Source: an uncultured bacterium (lineage in GTDB: Bacteria > Fidelibacterota > Marinisomatia > Marinisomatales > Marinisomataceae). From it: 64,000 bases of DNA. The notes beneath the pieces were generated by a model. That model did no database searches, was not told the DNA's origin, and worked only from the letters and a program-made list of their open reading frames with translations. Positions 29,640-40,429 of this stretch are shown piece by piece (the stretch's first letter is position 1; every line of letters starts with the position of its first letter). Made by a program: the position numbers and the translations under genes. Where the stretch lies: NCBI GenBank assembly GCA_943841495.1, contig CALSYL010000001.1, positions 126,645 to 190,644 on the forward strand, in the 5' to 3' direction.

Positions 29640-31028
29640 TTATTTTTTTAAAAAACTAATAAGAACTAAACAAGTTGACGAGATAGCAAGTGCTGGTATA
29701 ACAGCTTCATCTAAACTCCACTGATTTCCAAAATATACTGTAGCAACTATACCTGAAAGTATCGAACAAATAGCACCATACTTTGTTGCTTTATCCCAAA
29801 AGAATGCAGCAAGTAGAGTTGGAGTAATTGCAGTTCCATAAATTGTAAATGCATATAGTGCTTTTTCAAAAATAGTTGTATCAGCTGCAAACATTCTTGA
29901 AACCCAATAGGAAAAGAATCCTAATGCAAGCACTAGAACTCTGCTAAGAGTAACAATCATTTTATCTGAATATTTTTTATTCGAATATTTTAAATAGATA
30001 TCATTAATAAGAATTGTTGTTGGAACAAGTAGAAATGAATCAGCTGTAGAAATAATAATTCCAATAATTGTAGCAAGCATGACTGCTCCTACTATTGGTG
30101 GTAAAAAATTATAAGCTGCATATATCAACACATGTGATTCTTTTGCAATATCAGTGATCATGCTTGAACTAATCCATGCATTTGCAATAATTAAAGACTC
30201 TAAAATAACTATCGCAAAAAATAGGTAGAAGGTTGCTTTCTTTGCAGATTTTACTGATTCGCTTGCAAAAAATCTTTGATACATATTTGCATCACCAAGA
30301 ATAAGTAAAAATGAAGGTAAGGTAAAATTAATTACGTCTCTAAAAGAAAGAACTCCAAAAATTGACATACTATTAGTCATGCCTTTATTCTCAAAATTTG
30401 TTGCCATTCCCTCTAAGCCTCCGGCCTGAAAAAATAGAATTGGCAATGCAATGATAAAGCAAGTAATCATTAAAATGCCATTTGCAACATCAGTATAAGC
30501 AACACTCAATAATCCTGCTAATACTGTATATGCAACAATAAATAATGCCGCTATTATGGTTGCTTGATCCAATGATAAAGTGGAGCCTAAGTTGTCATGA
30601 AAAATAGTATAAATTACTGCACCACCTGCATTAAACTGATAACTTACAATTACCAAGTAGGCAGTTAGTAGTGCAATAACTGATAAAATCATCGCTACAT
30701 CACCAAAGCGAGAGCCAATAATTTCTGGTACAGTTAATTTTTCTGATGCTCTTGCTTTTCCAGCAATTTTTGTAAGAGCTAATACTCCCAACATACCACC
30801 GATAGGCAAAAGAAACCCTGCAGCACCTATTTCAAAAGTTTTTCCTGCATTACCAAGAACAGATCCTGTACCCATCCAAGTAGCTGCCATGGTTCCAACA
30901 AGAATCCAAGGAGATAGTGATCTTCCTGCTACAGCAAAATCTTCTTGATTTTTTATCGAATCTGCTTTGCTAAAACCTATCCAAAGAAGAGCAATGAGGT
31001 ATATTGATATAATTAGGTAATAAATCAT
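29640..31028 (-). CDS. Sodium:solute symporter (SSS family)
   Basis: DFAVAGRSL, ATWMGTG, YT..AGL.SVAYTD, YQRFFA, ISTADS. Confidence 0.9.
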   Translation of the reverse strand: MIYYLIISIYLIALLWIGFSKADSIKNQEDFAVAGRSLSPWILVGTMAATWMGTGSVLGNAGKTFEIGAAGFLLPIGGMLGVLALTKIAGKARASEKLTVPEIIGSRFGDVAMILSVIALLTAYLVIVSYQFNAGGAVIYTIFHDNLGSTLSLDQATIIAALFIVAYTVLAGLLSVAYTDVANGILMITCFIIALPILFFQAGGLEGMATNFENKGMTNSMSIFGVLSFRDVINFTLPSFLLILGDANMYQRFFASESVKSAKKATFYLFFAIVILESLIIANAWISSSMITDIAKESHVLIYAAYNFLPPIVGAVMLATIIGIIISTADSFLLVPTTILINDIYLKYSNKKYSDKMIVTLSRVLVLALGFFSYWVSRMFAADTTIFEKALYAFTIYGTAITPTLLAAFFWDKATKYGAICSILSGIVATVYFGNQWSLDEAVIPALAISSTCLVLISFLKK

Positions 31029-31067
31029 TTTTTTAGTTTACACATAATACATATATTATTTTCATAA

Positions 31068-32330
31068 ATGCAATTACATTGGAAAATAATTATTGGCTTA
31101 GTGCTTGGAACAATTTACGGTATTGCAAGTGCTGTTAATGGATGGAATAGTTTTACATCTGACTTTATATCGCCGTTCGGATCCATATTTTTGAATTTAC
31201 TAAAATTGATTGCCGTTCCTCTTGTTGTTTCCTCATTAATTACTGGTGTAGCCTCCTTATCTGATACGAGAAAACTTTCAAGAATTGGGTGGAAAACAAT
31301 TGCATTGTATATTTCTACAACTGCTGTAGCGGTAAGCATAGGTTTGATACTGGTAAATGTTTTAGAACCTGGAAATGCAATACCTGACAGCTATCAAGAA
31401 AGTCTTTCAAGTGAATATTTTAATAAAGCAGCTGATAAACAAGAAGCTGCAGCCAGTATTCAACAAAATAGAGGTCCATTACAACCTCTTGTAGACATGG
31501 TACCGGGAAATATTTTTTCTGCTGCATCTAATAACAGAAATATGCTACAAGTTGTTTTTGTATCGTTGATTTTTGGAATTGCATTAATAGGAATTGACCG
31601 TAAATACTCAAAACCTGTTCTTGAATTTTTAGAAGGAATCAATCAAATGATTATAAAATTGGTTGAGATGATAATGTATTTTGCTCCATTCGGAGTATTT
31701 GCATTAATAGCTAAAACTATTAGTTCTGTATCTGGCGATATTTCACAAATTAGTGAAATTTTATCTGCACTAGTGTTCTATATGGGCGTTGTTATATTAG
31801 GTCTTTTTGTTCATATGGGAATAACCTATATGACTTTACTAAAAATGTTTACATCCATCGATATCAAACATTTCTTAAAATCAATGGCACCAGTTCAACT
31901 ATTAGGATTTTCAACTAGCTCTAGTGGAGCTACTCTACCAGTCACGATGAAAAGATGTGAAAAAGATTTGGGAATTTCAGAAGAAATTTCGTCTTTTGTT
32001 CTTCCCTTAGGAGCCACTATTAATATGGATGGTACCGCTCTTTATCAAGGAGTTGCTGCTGTATTTATTGCTCAAGCAGTTGGTATGGATTTGACGCTTG
32101 CAAATCAATTTACAATTGTTGCTACTGCAGTATTAGCTTCTATAGGAACTGCAGCTGTGCCTGGCGCTGGAATAATTATGCTTATCATTATTCTTGAAGC
32201 AATAAATGTTCCAAGTGAAGGTATAGCTTTGATACTTGGTGTTGATAGAATTCTTGATATGATTCGTACTGCAACAAATGTTACTGGAGATGCCACTGTT
32301 GCTAGTGTGATGGATTCTTTAGAGCGCTAA
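31068..32330 (+). CDS. Dicarboxylate/amino acid:cation symporter (DAACS, GltP/GltT-like)
   Basis: FSTSSSGATLP, LPLGATINMDGTALY, GTAAVPGAG, DRILDMIRTATNVTGD. Confidence 0.94.
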   Translation: MQLHWKIIIGLVLGTIYGIASAVNGWNSFTSDFISPFGSIFLNLLKLIAVPLVVSSLITGVASLSDTRKLSRIGWKTIALYISTTAVAVSIGLILVNVLEPGNAIPDSYQESLSSEYFNKAADKQEAAASIQQNRGPLQPLVDMVPGNIFSAASNNRNMLQVVFVSLIFGIALIGIDRKYSKPVLEFLEGINQMIIKLVEMIMYFAPFGVFALIAKTISSVSGDISQISEILSALVFYMGVVILGLFVHMGITYMTLLKMFTSIDIKHFLKSMAPVQLLGFSTSSSGATLPVTMKRCEKDLGISEEISSFVLPLGATINMDGTALYQGVAAVFIAQAVGMDLTLANQFTIVATAVLASIGTAAVPGAGIIMLIIILEAINVPSEGIALILGVDRILDMIRTATNVTGDATVASVMDSLER

Positions 32331-33414
32331 TCCATTCTTCATATTTTTTAATAATAGCATCTTTAATATCAGAAACCTGCAAAGATCTTGTTGCTGAAAC
32401 CATTATACTCTCAGGAAAAGATTGTTTTAAATATGAAATCTTATCTTGATCAACCAAATCAATCTTATTAAAGACATATTGATAGTTAATTTGATCGGCA
32501 TGTATTTCTTTTAACACGCTCTTAATCGTTTCAATTTCATTGAATAAATCTTTTGAGTTAGCATCTAAAACAATTAATAGTAAGTCTGAATCTACCACCT
32601 CTTGAAGCGTAGATTTAAAACTAGCTATAAGATTGTCAGGTAAATTTCTAATGAATCCAACTGTGTCGCTTAATAAAATATGATTATTATTTCCAATATA
32701 AAGTCTTCGTACAGTTGTATCCAATGTTGCAAATAACTGATTCTTAATCAAAACATCACTCTTAGTTACAGATTTCATCAATGATGATTTCCCAACATTT
32801 GTATAGCCTACAAAAGACGCTCTAAAAAATGATTTTCTTTTTTTGCTTTGAACGCGTCTTTCAGAATCGATGCTTTTTAATTTCTTCTTTAATAATGATA
32901 TTTTTTTTCTGATGATTCTTCTATCAACCTCAATTTGTGTTTCTCCAGCACCAGCTCTAGTACCGAAGCCACCCATTTGTCTTTCAAGGTGAGTCCATAA
33001 TCTTGTTAGGCGAGGTAATTGATATTGAAGTCTTGCTAGCTCAACTTGAGTTTTGGATTCTTTTGATTTTGCATTTCTAAAAAAAATTTCTAGAATGACC
33101 CCTGGTCTATCAAGCAGCTTTATCTCTTTATCAAGCTTTTGAAAGTTTTTTGTTTGAACTGGGCTTAAATCTTCATCAAATATAATGTAATTAACGCCAA
33201 GCATTTTTGCCTGCTCAATAACCTGCTTAGCTTTTCCACTTCCAATAAAATATGCTGGATTGATATTATTAATTTTTTGCTCAATTACATTTTTTACTTG
33301 AACGCCTAATGTTGAAATAAGCAAAGATATTTCTTCTACGCTATTATGGTAATTCTTACTGCTTTTCCAAATTCTTGGAGCAACTACTAATGCTTTTTCT
33401 TTTTTAGGATTCAT
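32302..33414 (-). CDS. hflX: Ribosome-splitting GTPase HflX
   Basis: QVELARLQY.LPRL, GAGETQIEVDRR, GYTNVGKS, LFATLD, DTVGFI, NKID. Confidence 0.95.
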   Translation of the reverse strand: MNPKKEKALVVAPRIWKSSKNYHNSVEEISLLISTLGVQVKNVIEQKINNINPAYFIGSGKAKQVIEQAKMLGVNYIIFDEDLSPVQTKNFQKLDKEIKLLDRPGVILEIFFRNAKSKESKTQVELARLQYQLPRLTRLWTHLERQMGGFGTRAGAGETQIEVDRRIIRKKISLLKKKLKSIDSERRVQSKKRKSFFRASFVGYTNVGKSSLMKSVTKSDVLIKNQLFATLDTTVRRLYIGNNNHILLSDTVGFIRNLPDNLIASFKSTLQEVVDSDLLLIVLDANSKDLFNEIETIKSVLKEIHADQINYQYVFNKIDLVDQDKISYLKQSFPESIMVSATRSLQVSDIKDAIIKKYEEWISALKNPSH

Positions 33415-34369
33415 TCACAATTACTTGATCATAAACGAGCTCTAAAAAAAGATCGTATATAAATTCATTAAAAAATTCATTAGTCCAATCACCGTCAAGT
33501 TGCGTTGTGATAAATAAGATATCTGATCCAAAAATATTTTTCTTAATTACAAGTGGGTCATTTGTAGAAATTGAAAAATATACTTCCTCATCTTTAAAAT
33601 TTTTGATTTCAAAAAATCTATATATTTGGAATTTATCTTTATTGGTTGATAAATACTTTTTTGCATATTCATTTTTTAAATTAAAAAACTGGTTTTTAGA
33701 AGTTCCTCTTATTGCTTTTACATCTGGATAGTCTAATGTTTGAGATAAAAATATTTTATCAGTTTCAGAATTTGACATCATAAATAAGATTGGTTTTTGC
33801 AAAAAAATAAATTTTTGAATTTCTCTAATTAGATTATTAGAAAAATCATCAACATTCTCTATTATAAGTACATCAGAATCAGAGAAATTATACTTTTTAA
33901 ATTTTTCAGTTGTGATTATTTCGCTATTGAATAGCCTATTATTTTCTATTAACTCAGTAAAAATACTTTTTTTATCAGAAATAATAAGAATATTTTTTTC
34001 TTCTCTTCTTGGAATATTTATATCAAAATAATTAATAACTATATCATTTTGCGAAAGTTTGATAAATACCGAATCTGCTTCTTGACTTACGGGTATGCTT
34101 TTGTAAATATTATTCAATGAATCAATTTTAAAATTAAATTCACCGTTCAATTCTGATTTTGTATACCAACTTGCTTTAACTAAACTACTGTCACTGTTTT
34201 CAAACTGAAAATTAACTAATAATGAATCAGAATTGATTAATGATAAATCATTCGAAGAAAAATTAACATTTATTTCTGAATCTTTTATTTTATTATTTTC
34301 TTGAAAAGAATTATCTCCGCAAGATAAAAAATATAATGACAATAATATGATTAAGTTCTTTTTTGTCAT
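33404..34369 (-). CDS. Hypothetical lipoprotein
   Basis: Lipobox-like LYFLSC; long ORF overlapping both neighbours. Confidence 0.6.
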   Translation of the reverse strand: MTKKNLIILLSLYFLSCGDNSFQENNKIKDSEINVNFSSNDLSLINSDSLLVNFQFENSDSSLVKASWYTKSELNGEFNFKIDSLNNIYKSIPVSQEADSVFIKLSQNDIVINYFDINIPRREEKNILIISDKKSIFTELIENNRLFNSEIITTEKFKKYNFSDSDVLIIENVDDFSNNLIREIQKFIFLQKPILFMMSNSETDKIFLSQTLDYPDVKAIRGTSKNQFFNLKNEYAKKYLSTNKDKFQIYRFFEIKNFKDEEVYFSISTNDPLVIKKNIFGSDILFITTQLDGDWTNEFFNEFIYDLFLELVYDQVIVNES

Positions 34370-35085
34370 TTGACAACAACTAGGTTAATCTTAGATCCTT
34401 GGGAAACCTTTGTGCCTTCATTAGGGCTTTGGCTAATAATAGTATTTGGTAAAAATTTGTTGTTATCAACATACTGAACTCTTCCCTCTTTAAAGCCTGT
34501 TTTATCAATGATTGCTAATGCTTCATTAAGGAAAATACCTTGAAAATCTGGCACAGCAACTAAATCATTAGGAGCAAGGCCATTACTAACTTCTACTCTT
34601 ATGCCAAATCCTTTTCTTATGCTATCATTTTCTGATGGACTCTGCCAAGAAACTATACCTTTAGGATATTTAGAGCTAAATGAGAAGTATATTGAATCTA
34701 ACTCTATACTACTTTGATCTAATTCAATTTCTGCTGCTCTTAAGGTTTTGCCAATTAAAGAAGGGACAGCAATTTTTTGATTAAATTGAGTTATTTTCAC
34801 TTTAATAGTTCTACCAAGCTTAACCTCTTTTCCAGAAGATGGAAATTGTTCAAGAACTATATCGGGATTCAAATCATTAGTAAAAATTGTATCGGCAACC
34901 ACCACTTCAATCCCTTCAGATTTTGAAAGCTGGTTAGCTTCATTTAAAGTTAAGCCTTCCAAATCAGGGATAACTACTATATTCCTGGCATTAACATATA
35001 TTGGCATTAAGATGAAATTAAATATTAAGAGTACAATGAGGCCTGTCGCAAAAAAAATTGATAAATTTTTTAATAATTTACTCAT
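34366..35085 (-). CDS. PASTA-domain membrane protein (3 repeats; probable start 35085)
   Basis: N-terminal TM then IPDLEG, VPSLIG, VPDFQG repeats with Q.P..G motifs; ATGA overlap with fmt. Confidence 0.88.
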   Translation of the reverse strand: MSKLLKNLSIFFATGLIVLLIFNFILMPIYVNARNIVVIPDLEGLTLNEANQLSKSEGIEVVVADTIFTNDLNPDIVLEQFPSSGKEVKLGRTIKVKITQFNQKIAVPSLIGKTLRAAEIELDQSSIELDSIYFSFSSKYPKGIVSWQSPSENDSIRKGFGIRVEVSNGLAPNDLVAVPDFQGIFLNEALAIIDKTGFKEGRVQYVDNNKFLPNTIISQSPNEGTKVSQGSKINLVVVK

Positions 35086-36020
35086 ACTAAAATATTTGAT
35101 TTTAAGTTTTGATAACCTACGATAAAATCCCTGCAATTCATTGCTTTTTTACCCTCCATTTGCACCTTAGTAACCCGTAAAGATCCTTTACTACATTTGA
35201 TATCAAAAAAATCTTTCTCTACGTTATATATACATCCCACTTTTTGATTTATTTCATCATTTAAAACTTGGGCCTCAAATATTTTTAATCTTTTATTTTT
35301 TAAAGTTGTGTAAGCCCCTGGTTTAGGACAAAAAGCCTTAATCCTTGCTAAAATTGTATCAGCTTCTTTGCTCCAATCTATTATTAAATCTTCTTTTTTT
35401 ATTTTCGGAGCAAAAGTTACTTTACTTTCATCTTGAATCGTTAAATCTAAATTATTATCTAAGCATTTTAATACTGAAGATTTGATCAATCTTGCTCCAA
35501 CTTTACTTAATTTTTCAGAAAGAGATCCAAAATTATCATTCAATTCTATTTTAACTTTTTCTTGTTCAAGAATTTTTCCAGTATCTACTTTCGGTTCTAT
35601 AAGAAATGTTGATATTCCTGTACATTTATCTTGATTTAGAATTGCATGCTGAATTGGAGCTGCTCCTCTGTACTTAGGTAAAAGAGAAGAGTGTATATTA
35701 ATTGACCCATATTTTGGAATCTCTAATAATTCTTTTGGTAAAATTCTATATGCGACAACCACAAAAAAGTCAGGCTTCAGATTCTTTAATTGTTTAATTA
35801 ATTTTTTATCTTTTAAATCATCGCCTTCAATTGTATTAAAATCATTCTCTTTGGCTAATTGCATGACTGGTGTATCAAGTATTTTTTGACCTCTACCCAT
35901 TTTTTTTGATGCATTAGTTACAACAGCTTTTAAATTAAAATGATTATTACATTCTACTAAAGCAGGATTTGAAAAATTTGTATTTCCAAAAAAAATAATG
36001 TTAATTGAATTATTTGACAT
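35082..36020 (-). CDS. fmt: Methionyl-tRNA formyltransferase
   Basis: VVVAY, INIHSSLLPKYRGAAPIQ, VDTG, APKI. Confidence 0.95.
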   Translation of the reverse strand: MSNNSINIIFFGNTNFSNPALVECNNHFNLKAVVTNASKKMGRGQKILDTPVMQLAKENDFNTIEGDDLKDKKLIKQLKNLKPDFFVVVAYRILPKELLEIPKYGSINIHSSLLPKYRGAAPIQHAILNQDKCTGISTFLIEPKVDTGKILEQEKVKIELNDNFGSLSEKLSKVGARLIKSSVLKCLDNNLDLTIQDESKVTFAPKIKKEDLIIDWSKEADTILARIKAFCPKPGAYTTLKNKRLKIFEAQVLNDEINQKVGCIYNVEKDFFDIKCSKGSLRVTKVQMEGKKAMNCRDFIVGYQNLKSNILV

Positions 36021-36519
36021 TACTAGATTTCATCAACTTTAATGCTTTATCATATTTTAGCAAATCTGCAGGTGTTGCGTAATCAGTAATAAGTTTTCCG
36101 TCCAGATGGTCATTTTCATGTTGAATTACTGTAGCAAGAAATCCATTGAACTCTTTTGTGTGCGCTTTGAGATTATGATCAAGATATTGATAGGTTATTG
36201 AACTATATCGTTCGACGTTAATCCTAATTTCAGGAAGTGACAAACAACCTTCAGAATCAACGCACGATCCTTCACCTTTTTTAATATGTCCATTTATAAA
36301 TACCATAGGAGAATCACATTCTTCAGTATGAGAAATATCAACTACAAAAATACGTTTATTTAAGCCTATTTGATTTGCAGCTAAACCAATGCCATCAAAT
36401 TCATACATTGTATCAAACATGTCATCTATCAATTCTCTTATATCATTAAAATTATCGATATTTTTTGAGGGAACACGCAGTGCTGGATGTCCGAAGGTGA
36501 CTACTTTTTTTACTGCCAT
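36010..36519 (-). CDS. def: Peptide deformylase
   Basis: GIGLAANQIG, EGCLS, QHENDHLDG. Confidence 0.96.
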   Translation of the reverse strand: MAVKKVVTFGHPALRVPSKNIDNFNDIRELIDDMFDTMYEFDGIGLAANQIGLNKRIFVVDISHTEECDSPMVFINGHIKKGEGSCVDSEGCLSLPEIRINVERYSSITYQYLDHNLKAHTKEFNGFLATVIQHENDHLDGKLITDYATPADLLKYDKALKLMKSSNVK

Positions 36520-36522
36520 AAG

Positions 36523-36837
36523 TTATGCTGCAGTTGAATTTTTTACTTTGGCTATTGCTACTTTATCAACGGTTAATTCGCTATCATTAGAAACTTTTAT
36601 AACCACCCTATTACTTTTAAGCGTAGTTACTTTTCCGTGAATTCCGCCAACTGTAATAACCTTATCTCCTTTAGATAGATTTTCTTGCATTGATTTAATT
36701 GATTCTTGCTTTTGTGTATTAGGCCTTAGAATAAAATAATACACAACAAGAAAAATTAGAAATATTGGCAATTGTGAAAGAAAAATATCCATAAAAGATG
36801 CTTCGCTTTGCTGGAGTAATATTACGTTTTTGTACAT
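36523..36837 (-). CDS. yajC: Preprotein translocase subunit YajC
   Basis: YYFILRP, L.KGDKVITVGGIHGKV. Confidence 0.92.
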   Translation of the reverse strand: MYKNVILLQQSEASFMDIFLSQLPIFLIFLVVYYFILRPNTQKQESIKSMQENLSKGDKVITVGGIHGKVTTLKSNRVVIKVSNDSELTVDKVAIAKVKNSTAA

Positions 36838-36851
36838 AGATTTAAATTAGT

Positions 36852-38918
36852 TTATCTGAAGTTCTTTAACAAGCTCATAAGATAAGGTTTGAAAATATAT
36901 AATGATATTAATACTACAAATAAATTTGATATTTTTAACAATATTTTAAATAATGAATTATCATATTTAAAAATCACTTTATTATTGCCAGCTTCAACAT
37001 TCACCGCTCTTAAAACACCGTTTGCCTTAAGAATTTTTACTTCTTTATTATCTATATAGGCTTTCCATCTATTTGGATAAAAAATTTCACTTAAAATTAA
37101 TATTCCGCTATCTGCAGATTCATATTCTATGGCCACTTCATGTACATTCCATTCAGTATTTATTACTTTTCCAACGTGATACCTTTTTGGTTCAATATCT
37201 TTGATTACTGCAGTTTTCAAAGGATTAAAAGCGTTTGCAGTTAAATAATTATAAATATTATTATCTTCACTAATAACATCTTTAATAAACCAAGCTCTAG
37301 GTGCACTATTATTAAGACTATATATAAATACATTCATACTTCCATTAACAGAATTGAATTCAGTATTTTTTACAAAACTTAACATTGAATGGTTAATCTC
37401 AATTGGGCTAATAATATATTTAACATTCAACATTTGCATGACAGGAATTGACAAAAGATTATTAGAATTTTTCATCAGATTTGAGTAATGACCAAATTTA
37501 GCTGGATGGTATCCTCCAACAGATTCAATGCCATAATATTTAAATTTTGGATCAGTAAAAATAGCACCAGCAGGATAAATACGATTTAACCCTAAGTTTT
37601 CCTTTAAAAATATAATAGTTTCATCCTCTTCAAAGATTCTATCAAAATCATAATTGCTAATAATTTGGGTTTGTCCACCAGAGAAAGGTTGTGGATTAAT
37701 GATCTGTGAATCTATTCTATAGATATCTATTAAAGAGATTATAAGAAATACATTCATCACCAATTTAGTATTAATGTTTGAAAATTTATCTTTTAAAATT
37801 TTCAATAAATCATTTAGTCCAAATGCGCATAAGATGTATAAGCAAAAGTTAGATATAATTAATATCATGCTTGGTACTCTGAAGCTGCTGAAAAAAGGTA
37901 AATAATTATAAAAGATTTTATAAAAATCTTCAAAGTATTTACCAAACGATAATAGAATGCTAAAAAGTAAAATAATCCAAAAAAATACTCTTTCATTTTT
38001 AAATTTCTTTAATGAAAAGAAAGCAATTATTAATACTGTTATGCCTACATAGTTTGGATAGTCTGTAAATGGCATATATCCAGTATATGTTGAACCTCCA
38101 AAACCGTAAAAATGTGGTAAAATGTAGGTAATAAGCTCCCTAGGGTGCATTGACCAATTTGTAGCATAATCAAAACTTCCAATTGCGCTAGATCGAATTG
38201 AAACCGATCTATAATCTAAAGATGGTAAGTAAATATGTGCGGCGAGAATAAATGCAATGAAACAACCTGCGATAAAAAAGATGAAGTATTTATTATTTCT
38301 GTTTTTAAAAAATGAAAATATAAAATATGAACCAAGTAACATACATGCATAATAGGCGATTTGTACATGTGCTCTTTGTAACTGAAAACCAAGAAATAAT
38401 GAAAAAATTAATAAATTAAAAATAGATTGATCTGATTTAAGTTTATGTAGGAAATATAGAGTCCAAGGTAAATACGCGGCTGTCATCATTTGACTTCCAT
38501 GCCCATAAACAATCATCGTTATTAAAAATGGATTGAACATCCATAATAGACCAATAGTAAATGAGATTTTTTTATTTGAAATTAATGTATCTACTAAATA
38601 GAGCATTCCAACACCAGAAAAAATTAAATGAATAAATTGAATATTTAAGTCAGATACTCCAATCAAGTCTAAAAAATAACTTGGTAGATATAGAAGATTT
38701 ACATATGTAAAAGCTTCTAAAGAAGGCATTCCAGAAAATATCCACGGTTGCCATTGTGGCCATTCCGATAATTGCTGTCTTACCTGATCAAGAATATGAT
38801 GTATAGCATAAGGATTAAATGTATCTCCAGAAGCAAAAGTTTGGTCAAGAACAATTACATCAAAGAACAAAAATATTATTGAAAAGATATAGATGGATAT
38901 AAATATTACAAATTGCAT
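36852..38918 (-). CDS. YfhO-family polytopic membrane protein (putative GT-C glycosyltransferase)
   Basis: WQPWIFSGMP, HVQIAYY, FRVPSM, GGYHPAK, LSEIFYP.RWKAYID, ANGVLRAV.VEAG. Confidence 0.82.
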   Translation of the reverse strand: MQFVIFISIYIFSIIFLFFDVIVLDQTFASGDTFNPYAIHHILDQVRQQLSEWPQWQPWIFSGMPSLEAFTYVNLLYLPSYFLDLIGVSDLNIQFIHLIFSGVGMLYLVDTLISNKKISFTIGLLWMFNPFLITMIVYGHGSQMMTAAYLPWTLYFLHKLKSDQSIFNLLIFSLFLGFQLQRAHVQIAYYACMLLGSYFIFSFFKNRNNKYFIFFIAGCFIAFILAAHIYLPSLDYRSVSIRSSAIGSFDYATNWSMHPRELITYILPHFYGFGGSTYTGYMPFTDYPNYVGITVLIIAFFSLKKFKNERVFFWIILLFSILLSFGKYFEDFYKIFYNYLPFFSSFRVPSMILIISNFCLYILCAFGLNDLLKILKDKFSNINTKLVMNVFLIISLIDIYRIDSQIINPQPFSGGQTQIISNYDFDRIFEEDETIIFLKENLGLNRIYPAGAIFTDPKFKYYGIESVGGYHPAKFGHYSNLMKNSNNLLSIPVMQMLNVKYIISPIEINHSMLSFVKNTEFNSVNGSMNVFIYSLNNSAPRAWFIKDVISEDNNIYNYLTANAFNPLKTAVIKDIEPKRYHVGKVINTEWNVHEVAIEYESADSGILILSEIFYPNRWKAYIDNKEVKILKANGVLRAVNVEAGNNKVIFKYDNSLFKILLKISNLFVVLISLYIFKPYLMSLLKNFR

Positions 38919-40429
38919 TACATCATTTTTGACTTAAGAGAATCAATAAAAATTATATCCTCTTTGTCAAATCCTAGCAAAAAATAAATAGTAAAATATG
39001 ATGATATAACTAGCAACAGGTTTATTAATAAGTAAATCAACAAGTTAAAAACATTGCTTAGTTCAAAATAATTACTAAAAATTAAACTCAAGTATTGTAT
39101 TACAACAAATGTTATAGCACCTGAAATGATAGGCTTTATCAATTTGAATGAAAATAAATTCAAATTCATCAATATAAGGTTTTCAAAATACCTAAGTGTA
39201 CTAAGTACTATTAAAGCAAACGATGTTGCAAGAGCTGCTCCAGTTAGACCATAAAGCGGAATTAGAATTGAATTAGAAATAATATTTAAAACTAACGCAA
39301 TTGATACATTTAAAAGATTAAACTTAGTATAACCACTCATTGTTAAAGTTGATGATCCAAGCCCAAAAATTGTTTGAATAAATATTCCTAATAATAATAC
39401 TTTTAATGCAAAATAATTTTGGAACTCTGTTCCAAAAACTAAAAGCATTGGTTCAGAAAAAATAAATAAAAAAATAAATATTGGAAGAGAAAATGCTAAA
39501 ATATATTTAGAAGAAGACTGGTAAGACTCTTTCATGCCATTCTTATTTTTTTTGAAATAGTGTTCTGAAAAAATAGGAGCAAATATTCCTGCAAATGCAA
39601 AAAGTATCATTCTTACTAAACCAGCTGTTCGTTCAATAGGATGATACATTCCTACTTCCGTAGCATTTGATAAAATTCCCAACATTATAATATCAATCCA
39701 ATGCATTATAATTCCAATGGCAGATACAAACATCAGTGGAACTGAAAATTTTAAAATATCTTTATCAACAGTAGTACCTATAATCTTACTTAAGCTAATT
39801 GAAGAAAAATTTGTTAAAAATTTTAATATAAACATCAACCCAATTATTGATGAAACAACTGTTGGTAATAAAATTGATAGCTCAATACCAAGCAAAAAAT
39901 ATGAAGTAACAAATGCAATCAATAATGTTAAAGGATTAACAATTTGATTAACAAATATTTTATATTTTAAAATTTTGAAAGCTTGGGTAGCAAATGAAGA
40001 TATTAGCGTTAGAACTGTAAACGGTAGACTGATTGCGAAAACCTTAATAACTGTTATTAAAAATGAATCTTCATTAAGAATTTCATTAACAATTTTTTCT
40101 GCGCTTAAAAATAATAAAACAGCTATTAATATACTTGATATTAGTCCAATTTTTAGTGAAGTATAAATTGAACGATCCACATTAACTTTGTCTTCAGTAT
40201 CTCTACTAACAAAGCGCAACACCCCATTATCCAAACCTAATAATGCAAGTATTTCTGCTATTCTAGTAATAGCATTTCCAAGCGAATATAATCCAAGCAT
40301 TTGTGCTCCTAGAAATCTTGCCATAATGATTGAGAACATATATCTAAAAACAGACCCTAATGACATTCCAGAAAAAGATAGGAACGCTTCACTTAATATA
40401 ATTTTTTGATTTGATTCTTTTTCAATCAT
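38918..40429 (-). CDS. Wzx/MOP-family polysaccharide flippase (probable start 40429)
   Basis: ARFLG...GLY, LGL..GVLRFVS, IDIIMLG...VGMY, LIPLYGLTGAALAT. Confidence 0.88.
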   Translation of the reverse strand: MIEKESNQKIILSEAFLSFSGMSLGSVFRYMFSIIMARFLGAQMLGLYSLGNAITRIAEILALLGLDNGVLRFVSRDTEDKVNVDRSIYTSLKIGLISSILIAVLLFLSAEKIVNEILNEDSFLITVIKVFAISLPFTVLTLISSFATQAFKILKYKIFVNQIVNPLTLLIAFVTSYFLLGIELSILLPTVVSSIIGLMFILKFLTNFSSISLSKIIGTTVDKDILKFSVPLMFVSAIGIIMHWIDIIMLGILSNATEVGMYHPIERTAGLVRMILFAFAGIFAPIFSEHYFKKNKNGMKESYQSSSKYILAFSLPIFIFLFIFSEPMLLVFGTEFQNYFALKVLLLGIFIQTIFGLGSSTLTMSGYTKFNLLNVSIALVLNIISNSILIPLYGLTGAALATSFALIVLSTLRYFENLILMNLNLFSFKLIKPIISGAITFVVIQYLSLIFSNYFELSNVFNLLIYLLINLLLVISSYFTIYFLLGFDKEDIIFIDSLKSKMM

